This document shows, one piece after another, positions 55,135 through 62,270 of a DNA stretch of 64,000 nucleotides. Where the stretch lies: the NCBI GenBank assembly GCA_016934395.1, contig JAFGSZ010000057.1, forward strand, positions 19,421 through 83,420, given 5' to 3'. The notes below the pieces were generated by a model. It saw nothing but the letters and a program-made list of their open reading frames with translations. It had not been told where the DNA came from and did no database searches. Position 1 is the first letter of the stretch. Every line of letters begins with the position of its first letter. The stretch comes from Bacteroidales bacterium (GTDB lineage Bacteria; Bacteroidota; Bacteroidia; Bacteroidales; UBA10428). The position numbers and the translations under genes are program-made.

Positions 55135-55950
55135 ATGTGCGATACATGCGGTTGCGGAAATTCAGATACAGAATACACACTTTTAAGGCCCGGCATGGCC
55201 GATGAGCACCTTTCAGCACATGCGCATGATCACTCACATGACCATCCGCATTCTCATTCGCACGATTCTTCTGAACATACACATCACCACGATCACGATC
55301 ACTCCCGGACATTAAATATTGAGCAGGATGCCCTGCAACAAAACAATCTTGTAGCAGAACGGAACCGCGGCTTTTTGGAGGCAAAAGAAATACTGGCCGT
55401 TAACCTGGTCAGTTCCCCGGGTTCGGGCAAAACCACATTACTTGAAAAAACGCTTGTTGACCTCTCCAGTTCACTCGGGTTTTTTGTTATTGAAGGCGAC
55501 CAGCAGACTGCCAATGATGCCGCAAGGATACAAAAAACCGGAGTTCCCGTAATACAGGTCAATACAGGCAGCGGGTGTCACCTGGATGCCGAAATGGTAT
55601 ATCGGTCGGTGAAAGAACTTAAAATTACCGATCATGCCGTTCTTATGATTGAAAATGTAGGCAACCTGGTTTGCCCTGCACTGTTTGATCTCGGCGAAAA
55701 ATTCAGGGTTGTCATCATCAGTGTTACCGAGGGGGATGACAAAGCGCTGAAATACCCTTATATGTTTCAGAGTTCCCATTTATGTATCATCAACAAAACC
55801 GATCTGTTGCCCTACGTTGACTTTGATGTGGAAAAATTTAAAGAATATGCGTTAAGAATCAACCATCACCTGGAATTTATTGAATTATCGGCAAAAAGCG
55901 GCGATGGATTGAATGATTGGTATTCCTGGATTAAAAAACAAACAAAATAA
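55135..55950 (+). CDS. hypB: Hydrogenase nickel-incorporation GTPase HypB with a His-rich tract
   Basis: N-terminal CDTCGC, a His-rich stretch (HAHDHSHDHPHSHSHDSSEHTHHHDHDH), the P-loop SSPGSGKTTL, and ENVGNLVCP. Confidence 0.92.
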   Translation: MCDTCGCGNSDTEYTLLRPGMADEHLSAHAHDHSHDHPHSHSHDSSEHTHHHDHDHSRTLNIEQDALQQNNLVAERNRGFLEAKEILAVNLVSSPGSGKTTLLEKTLVDLSSSLGFFVIEGDQQTANDAARIQKTGVPVIQVNTGSGCHLDAEMVYRSVKELKITDHAVLMIENVGNLVCPALFDLGEKFRVVIISVTEGDDKALKYPYMFQSSHLCIINKTDLLPYVDFDVEKFKEYALRINHHLEFIELSAKSGDGLNDWYSWIKKQTK

Positions 55951-56175
55951 TTCCCCATTATAATAATATTTCTTCCCAATACAATTTTCATTCTAAGAAT
56001 TTTTTTTTGTAAATGATAATTTTCAATTCAATAATCTTCAAAAAAAAATCCCAAAAAAAACAATAACTAGTAATAACAGATCATCAGTTCATACTCGATC
56101 GGGCATTTTAAGATGACAGCCACATTTGCATTAATATTATTTAGAAACATTATATATTGAGACTTACGTGATTTA

Positions 56176-56193
56176 TTGTTATTTAGATAACAA
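56176..56193. promoter_or_regulatory. Candidate Rex operator upstream of the [FeFe] sensory/hydrogenase cluster
   Basis: TTGTTAT-TTAG-ATAACAA is a perfect inverted repeat, 6/7 + 6/7 to TTGTTAAnnnnTTAACAA. It lies 56-73 nt upstream of the GTG at 56249. Confidence 0.55.
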
Positions 56194-56202
56194 CAAATTA
56201 TA

Positions 56203-56222
56203 TACCTTTGCGTATACATTTG
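56203..56222 (+). promoter_or_regulatory. Two tandem candidate -7 promoter boxes (TAnnTTTG)
   Basis: TACCTTTG (56203-56210) and TACATTTG (56215-56222) lie immediately downstream of the Rex-like palindrome. Confidence 0.35.
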
Positions 56223-56248
56223 AACCATAAAATTCAGGAACAAAAAAA

Positions 56249-56593
56249 GTGATTATAAGCGAAGTTTTAAAGTTGATCGATGGCAAGATAGTTGCCGGAG
56301 AAAAATACCTTTCAAGAGAAGTATCAAAAGCATTTTCATCCGATTTAATGAGTGATGTGCTTACCCTAGATACGGATGAAATTCTTTTAATTACGGGCCT
56401 GATTAATGTGCAGACTATCCGAACAGCAGAAATGGCAGAAATATCCTGTATCGCTTTCGTTCGTAATAAAAAAGTAACAAAAGAAATGGTAAGCCTGGCA
56501 GAAGTAAACCATATGGTGCTTATAGAATGCGCCTCTTCAATGTTCAGTGTCAGTGGAAAGTTATATCAGGCAGGTATTCAACCCGTATTTTAG
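56249..56593 (+). CDS. DRTGG domain protein (copy 1)
   Basis: 114 aa starting with GTG. The pattern SDLMSDVLTL...LITGL matches my memory of DRTGG-domain proteins found next to [FeFe] hydrogenase genes. Confidence 0.7.
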   Translation: MIISEVLKLIDGKIVAGEKYLSREVSKAFSSDLMSDVLTLDTDEILLITGLINVQTIRTAEMAEISCIAFVRNKKVTKEMVSLAEVNHMVLIECASSMFSVSGKLYQAGIQPVF

Positions 56594-56601
56594 AGTAAAG
56601 C

Positions 56602-57021
56602 ATGCATGCACAATACGAAATACAGGGCGGGGATTTCACAAAAGCCGGTTTGGCCTCAAGCGAAGTAAAAAAAATGTTGAAGCAATTGAACCTGGATCCG
56701 AAAATAATTAAACGTATTGCCGTTGCCATGTATGAGGCTGAAGTTAATGTTGTGGCACATGCTTACCATGGAATTATGGATATTGAATTAAATACAGAAA
56801 AAATAATTATAAAAGTTCAGGATACGGGTCCCGGTATAGCAGATATTGATAAAGCTATGGAAGAGGGATTTTCCACAGCTTCGAAAGAAGTAAGGGAAAT
56901 GGGATTTGGAGCCGGCATGGGTTTGCCCAATATAAAAAAAAATGCAGACGAGTTAATCCTGAACAGCAAAATTAACAAAGGCACTGAAGTAAAACTTGTA
57001 TTTTATCTGAATCATCAATAA
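56602..57021 (+). CDS. RsbW/SpoIIAB-like anti-sigma-type serine kinase (GHKL ATPase)
   Basis: 139 aa with the N-box region YEAEVNVVAHAY and G-boxes DTGPGI and GFGAGMGLPN. Confidence 0.75.
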   Translation: MHAQYEIQGGDFTKAGLASSEVKKMLKQLNLDPKIIKRIAVAMYEAEVNVVAHAYHGIMDIELNTEKIIIKVQDTGPGIADIDKAMEEGFSTASKEVREMGFGAGMGLPNIKKNADELILNSKINKGTEVKLVFYLNHQ

Positions 57022-57022
57022 A

Positions 57023-58384
57023 ATGGCTGACCATACATTTCATCACGCATTAAAAATACTGGAGGAGGTTTGCATCGGATGTACCCATTGTATGCAGGCC
57101 TGCCCTACAGAAGCTTTGCGTGTACGAAACGGGAAAGCTGTTTTAAATAAAAACAAATGTGTAGATTGTGGTGAATGTATGCGGGTTTGCCCTGTTAACG
57201 CCATAACCGTTGAACAGGATGATTTTGAGGATATTTTTAAATTTAAGGTAAGAATTGCCCTGGTTCCGTCCGTTTTTATCGGCCAGTTTGCCAGAAATAT
57301 TCCCACCCGAAAAATATACAGCAGTATTCTTGAACAGGGTTTTACCCATGTTTACGAAGCCGAACACGGGGTAAACATATTAATAAATGCTGTTAATTCA
57401 TATCTCGATAACAGAAAAGAAATAAGACCTGTGATCTCTTCATTTTGCCCGGCCATAGTGCGTATGATACAGGTAAGGTTTCCTAACCTGGCAGAAAACA
57501 TCATGTTGTTAAAAGCCCCGTTGGATATTGCTGCTTTATCATATCGTAAAGTGCTGAATGAACGTGGTTACAACGATGACGAAATCGGTATTTATTATAT
57601 TACCCCTTGCGCCGCAAAAATTGCTGCAGTAAAAAGCCCGGTAGGTGAATTATCTTCTGCCATAACCGGCGTTATCAGGCTCGATTCGTTGTATAATAAA
57701 GTTTATTCATCCATTAAAAAAGAAGTAAACTCAAGTTGTATTGTTCCTGAAAAAGAACAGTTAAAACCGCGTGAAATGACCTGGAGCCTTACAGGAGGGG
57801 AATCACGGTTTATTAACGGCAGAAGCCTGGCAATCGATGGAATTAATAATGCCATAGAATTTTTAGAAAAAATTGAAAACGGCAGTATCAGCAATTTTGA
57901 TTTTATTGAGTTGCGGGCATGCGACGAAAGTTGCGCCGGGGGCATTCTTTCTGCCAATAACAGGTTTCTTGTTAGCGAAAGGCTAAAAGAACGGGCAAAA
58001 CAGTACAAACTGGATAAAAAAGAAGGGAAAATTATTAACAATAAAACCATCCGGCAAAACACAGAATACCTGCTGGACCATATTTCTATTGATGAAGTAA
58101 AAGCACGATCGGGACTGATGCTTGATGAAGACATGAATGCTGCCCTGAAAAAGATGGAGAAAATCCGGCAGTTCACCAACTATCTTCCCGGTATAGACTG
58201 TGCAGCATGTGGTGCTCCGTCTTGTAAAACACTGGCAGAAGATATTGTACAGGGAAATGCAAAAACATTGGATTGCATTTTTGTGCAATATGCAATAAAC
58301 CGTCAGGAAAGCAGCGAAAAAATGAATGACCAGATGGAGAAAATCTGGGGAACGGAAAAACTTAATAAACTAGCGGGCTCATAA
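57023..58384 (+). CDS. [FeFe]-hydrogenase-like putative sensory protein (2x[4Fe-4S] + H-domain + C-terminal 4-Cys FeS domain)
   Basis: CIGCTHCMQACP and CVDCGECMRVCP. Degenerate H-cluster motifs are SSFCPAI (F141-C142), TPCAAK (C196, K199) and ELRACDESCAGG (C300, C304). The C-terminal segment is CAACGAPSCKTLAEDIVQG...C. Confidence 0.85.
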   Translation: MADHTFHHALKILEEVCIGCTHCMQACPTEALRVRNGKAVLNKNKCVDCGECMRVCPVNAITVEQDDFEDIFKFKVRIALVPSVFIGQFARNIPTRKIYSSILEQGFTHVYEAEHGVNILINAVNSYLDNRKEIRPVISSFCPAIVRMIQVRFPNLAENIMLLKAPLDIAALSYRKVLNERGYNDDEIGIYYITPCAAKIAAVKSPVGELSSAITGVIRLDSLYNKVYSSIKKEVNSSCIVPEKEQLKPREMTWSLTGGESRFINGRSLAIDGINNAIEFLEKIENGSISNFDFIELRACDESCAGGILSANNRFLVSERLKERAKQYKLDKKEGKIINNKTIRQNTEYLLDHISIDEVKARSGLMLDEDMNAALKKMEKIRQFTNYLPGIDCAACGAPSCKTLAEDIVQGNAKTLDCIFVQYAINRQESSEKMNDQMEKIWGTEKLNKLAGS

Positions 58385-58395
58385 ATAATAAGAAT

Positions 58396-58728
58396 ATGAA
58401 TATTATTACTATCATCGATAAACTCGGATTAACACAACTTTCGGAAATTTTTAACCCGGAACAGGAAATTAATGGCGGGTATACTTCCGATTTATTAAGC
58501 GATGTAATGGGCAATGCTTCAGAGGGTGAAGTTTGGATTACCATGCAAACCCACAAAAATATTATTGCGGTAGCCAGCTTAAAAGAACTGGCAGCTATAA
58601 TAATAGTAAACAATCACAAACCTGAAAAAGATACGATAGAAGCAGCCGAAAAAGAACAAATACCCTTATTGGGAACAAATAATGGCGCATTCGAAATATC
58701 GGGTGAAATTTATAATTTATTAAAATGA
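58396..58728 (+). CDS. DRTGG domain protein (copy 2)
   Basis: 110 aa with the pattern SDLLSDVMGN...VWITMQTH. Confidence 0.7.
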   Translation: MNIITIIDKLGLTQLSEIFNPEQEINGGYTSDLLSDVMGNASEGEVWITMQTHKNIIAVASLKELAAIIIVNNHKPEKDTIEAAEKEQIPLLGTNNGAFEISGEIYNLLK

Positions 58729-59466
58729 ATGAAACAGTTTCGGGCTGATTTACACATTCATAGCGTTCTTTCTCCTTGCGGGTCACTGGACATGAGTCCG
58801 CAAAATATAATAAAAACAGCCCGTGAAAGGAATATTAACATACTTGGATTAACCGATCACAATACAACAAGGCATTGTGAAATCCTGGAAAAGCTGGGAA
58901 AACCTTACGGGATATTCGTTTTACCGGGAGTGGAAATTACCACAAAAGAAGAAATTCATTGTCTTGCGTTCTTTGAAAATATTGAAAAAACTGAGGAGTT
59001 TGAAAAGTATCTTACTATTCATCGCTCATCAATAAAAAACAGGCCGGATATTTTTGGCGACCAGCCTGTAATTGATGAAAATGAGCATATTGTTGAAATA
59101 ATTAAAACTGTGCTTACTGCTGCCCTTGATGCTGACCTGAAAAATATTGAGCAGAAAGTGCACGAATTAAACGGATTGTTTATTCCTGCACATATTGAAA
59201 GAGCTCACTACGGAATGATCAGTCAGATAGGATTTATCCCTGCAGATTTGGAGATGGATGCTGTTGAAATTCAACTACTCCATAAAATGGATTTAACATT
59301 AAAACAACAACTTGAATCCTTATCATTAACAATAATCCGTGGATCGGATGCACATACGCCGGAACAAATCGGCAGCAGAACCACCACTTTTTTGTTAAAC
59401 GACCTAAGTTTTCAGGAAATAAAACTTGCTCTTCTAAATAAAAACGGAAGAAAAGTATTGCTGTAA
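58729..59466 (+). CDS. PHP-domain phosphoesterase
   Basis: ADLHIHSVLSPCG, LGLTDHN, and a later GSDAH motif. Confidence 0.85.
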   Translation: MKQFRADLHIHSVLSPCGSLDMSPQNIIKTARERNINILGLTDHNTTRHCEILEKLGKPYGIFVLPGVEITTKEEIHCLAFFENIEKTEEFEKYLTIHRSSIKNRPDIFGDQPVIDENEHIVEIIKTVLTAALDADLKNIEQKVHELNGLFIPAHIERAHYGMISQIGFIPADLEMDAVEIQLLHKMDLTLKQQLESLSLTIIRGSDAHTPEQIGSRTTTFLLNDLSFQEIKLALLNKNGRKVLL

Positions 59467-59467
59467 T

Positions 59468-60010
59468 ATGAAAGACCTGTCGTTACATATTCTGGATATT
59501 GTGCAAAATTCTTTGCATGCAGGGGCAACAAGGGTAGATATCAGCATTACTGAAGATGTTGTAAAAAATATTTTTGAAATAACAATTAAAGATAACGGGT
59601 CTGGTATCGATCCGGGAAACTCTGAAAAAGTTACCGATCCATTTTATACAACAGGAACAAAAAAGAAAGTCGGATTGGGATTGGCGTTACTAAAACAAAA
59701 TGCAGAAGCTGCAGGTGGCTTTTTAAAAATTGAAAATTCGTTTCCCCGGGGAGTAAAAGTAACCGCAAGGTTTCAGCATAATCATATTGACCGCCAGCCG
59801 CTGGGGAAAATCGAAGAAACCATTAAAATATTGATGACCGCTATAAACCTGAGACTTATTTATTCGCATGAATACAACGGAAAAATTTTTGTGTTGGATA
59901 CGCTGGAAATAGAGGATGCGCTGGAAACTAAAAACTTATCCAATCCGAAAATAGTGAAATATATTACTGAAATGATTATCGAAAACCTAACAGATATTGG
60001 AGCTTATTAA
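59468..60010 (+). CDS. GHKL-type ATP-binding protein (histidine-kinase-like ATPase without an H-box)
   Basis: LDIVQNSLHAG (N-box), IKDNGSGI (G1) and GLGLALL (G2). No HisKA domain is present. Confidence 0.75.
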   Translation: MKDLSLHILDIVQNSLHAGATRVDISITEDVVKNIFEITIKDNGSGIDPGNSEKVTDPFYTTGTKKKVGLGLALLKQNAEAAGGFLKIENSFPRGVKVTARFQHNHIDRQPLGKIEETIKILMTAINLRLIYSHEYNGKIFVLDTLEIEDALETKNLSNPKIVKYITEMIIENLTDIGAY

Positions 60011-60050
60011 TCTTTAACAAGACTATAAAATTTTAAAACAAATTATAAAA

Positions 60051-60452
60051 ATGGGAAAAATAAAAACCTTAGCTGATTTGCGCAAAATGCGTGAGAAGCT
60101 TAAATCGGAAACCGACTTAAGGGACAAGAGTGAGCATCCCGAAGATATGGTACAAATTAAGGTGGCCATGGCAACCTGTTGTATTGCTTCCGGATCAAGG
60201 GAAACAATGAACTATATCGTTGATGAACTGGAAAAGCGAAATGTTGATGCCGTTGTTACCCAAACCGGTTGTATGGGTTATTGTTATGCCGAACCCACTG
60301 TGGAGGTTACTGTTCCGGGTAAAGAACCTATTGTTTTTGGTTATGTGGATGAAAAGAAGGCGAATGAGATTATTGAACGCTACATAAAAAACGGGGAACT
60401 GGTTGAAGGGATCATTCCAATGAATTACCGAAGTATTGAAGAAACAAAATAA
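60051..60452 (+). CDS. Thioredoxin-like (2Fe-2S) ferredoxin, HydD-like small subunit
   Basis: 133 aa with MATCCIASGS and TGCMGYCYAEP motifs. It lies directly upstream of hydB. Confidence 0.75.
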   Translation: MGKIKTLADLRKMREKLKSETDLRDKSEHPEDMVQIKVAMATCCIASGSRETMNYIVDELEKRNVDAVVTQTGCMGYCYAEPTVEVTVPGKEPIVFGYVDEKKANEIIERYIKNGELVEGIIPMNYRSIEETK

Positions 60453-60467
60453 ACAGGAGGGAAAATA

Positions 60468-62261
60468 ATGTCAGGATATAAAATACATTTACTGGTTTGC
60501 GGGGGTACCGGATGTAAAGCCTCTTTAAGCACAGCAGTAGTTGAAAACTTAAACCACGAAATAAAAACCCAGGGGCTTGATGATTTTGCCCAGGTGGTTA
60601 CTACAGGATGTTTTGGATTCTGTGAAAAAGGGCCGATTGTTAAAATCATTCCCGACAATACATTTTACGTTCAGGTAAAACCCGAAGATGCACGGGAAAT
60701 TGTTGAGGAACATATAGTAAAAGGAAGAAAGGTGGAGCGGCTTCTTTATCACGATCCTGATAAAGAAACTATTGTCAGCGACTCCAAACATATGAATTTT
60801 TATAAAAAACAGGTTCGTATAGCCCTCAGGAATTGTGGCGTTATTGATCCGGAAAATATCGATGAATACATTGCCAGAGATGGTTATAAAGCCCTGGGTA
60901 AAGTGCTTTCCGAAAAAACACCCGAAGAAGCAATTAAGCTGATCAAGGATTCAGGTTTGCGTGGCCGCGGCGGTGGAGGATTTTCTACCGGAATGAAATG
61001 GGAACTCGCTGCTAAAAATATAAGCGACGAAAAATATGTGGTGTGTAATGCTGATGAAGGTGACCCCGGTGCATTTATGGACCGGTCTATTCTTGAAGGT
61101 GATCCGCATACCGTGGTGGAAGCGATGGCCATTTGTGGATACTCCATTGGTTCAAATTATGGCCTGGTATACATTCGCGCCGAATATCCGCTTGCAATTG
61201 AACGTTTAAAAACAGCCATAAAGCAGGCCCGCGATTACGGATTACTGGGAAACAACATTCTTGGAACCGGGTTTAAATTCGATATAGAACTTCGATACGG
61301 AGCGGGCGCTTTTGTTTGTGGTGAAGAAACAGCCCTGATACATTCTATGGAAGGAAGCCGCGGCGAACCGACTATGAAACCGCCATTCCCTTCCGACTCG
61401 GGATATCTTGGTAAACCAACCACTGTAAATAATGTAGAAACATTTGCCAATATCCCGGTAATAATCAATAAAGGAGCAGCATGGTTCAGCAGTATTGGAA
61501 GTGAAAAAGCAAAAGGCACCAAGGTTTTTGCCCTTGCCGGGAAAATAAACAATGTAGGCCTTATTGAGGTGCCCATGGGAATCACTTTGCGTGAAGTAAT
61601 TTTTGAAATCGGCGGTGGAATTAAAAACGGTAAAAAATTTAAAGCCGTACAAACCGGTGGCCCTTCGGGAGGCTGTTTAACAGAAAAACATCTGGATACG
61701 CCCATCGATTATGATAATCTTATTGCTGCCGGTTCCATGATGGGATCCGGAGGTATGGTGGTAATGGACGAAGACGATTGTATGGTGGATGTGGCAAAAT
61801 TTTTCCTCGACTTTACCGTAGAAGAATCCTGCGGTAAATGCGCACCCTGCCGCATCGGGAATAAACGGTTACATGAAATTCTTGAAAAAATAACAAAAGG
61901 AAATGGTACCCCTGAAGATATTACCAGGCTTATAAATCTGGGAACCGTAATTAAAGACACTTCTCTGTGTGGCCTGGGACAAAGTTCTCCTAACCCGGTG
62001 CTCGCCACAATAAATAATTTTATGGATGAGTATACCGCACATATTGAAGATAAAAAGTGCCCGGCCGGAGTATGTAAAGCCCTGATGAAGTATGAGATTG
62101 TAGATGAAAATTGTGTGGGGTGTACCGCCTGCGCAAGAGCATGTCCTGTGGGAGCCATCACAGGAGAAAGGAAAGAGATTCATCATATTGATACGTCCTT
62201 GTGTATTAAATGCGGAGCATGTATTGATCGGTGTAAGTTTAATGCAGTTATAATAAAATAA
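60468..62261 (+). CDS. hydB: NuoF-like NAD(H)/FMN subunit of a bifurcating-type [FeFe] hydrogenase (HydB)
   Basis: N-terminal 2Fe-2S (VCGGTGC...TGCFGFCEKGP), GRGGGGFSTGMKWE, ESCGKCAPCR, and C-terminal CVGCTACARACP and CIKCGACIDRC. Confidence 0.92.
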   Translation: MSGYKIHLLVCGGTGCKASLSTAVVENLNHEIKTQGLDDFAQVVTTGCFGFCEKGPIVKIIPDNTFYVQVKPEDAREIVEEHIVKGRKVERLLYHDPDKETIVSDSKHMNFYKKQVRIALRNCGVIDPENIDEYIARDGYKALGKVLSEKTPEEAIKLIKDSGLRGRGGGGFSTGMKWELAAKNISDEKYVVCNADEGDPGAFMDRSILEGDPHTVVEAMAICGYSIGSNYGLVYIRAEYPLAIERLKTAIKQARDYGLLGNNILGTGFKFDIELRYGAGAFVCGEETALIHSMEGSRGEPTMKPPFPSDSGYLGKPTTVNNVETFANIPVIINKGAAWFSSIGSEKAKGTKVFALAGKINNVGLIEVPMGITLREVIFEIGGGIKNGKKFKAVQTGGPSGGCLTEKHLDTPIDYDNLIAAGSMMGSGGMVVMDEDDCMVDVAKFFLDFTVEESCGKCAPCRIGNKRLHEILEKITKGNGTPEDITRLINLGTVIKDTSLCGLGQSSPNPVLATINNFMDEYTAHIEDKKCPAGVCKALMKYEIVDENCVGCTACARACPVGAITGERKEIHHIDTSLCIKCGACIDRCKFNAVIIK

Positions 62262-62270
62262 ATATCAAAA

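Noticed and set aside
56000-56060. Homopolymer runs (T9, A9, A8) downstream of hypB
   Set aside because: I considered these as phase-variation tracts or repeat elements. They are intergenic, not within a CDS or between -33/-7 elements that I can identify, and are compatible with AT-rich spacer or terminator-region composition.
57703-58179. 158-aa minus-strand ORF, with similar antisense ORFs at 61235-61705, 61709-62161 and 62790-63083
   Set aside because: They are antisense to the sensor-hydrogenase, hydB and hydA genes, whose reading frames carry canonical motifs. The products are Ser/Pro/Arg-rich shadow translations.
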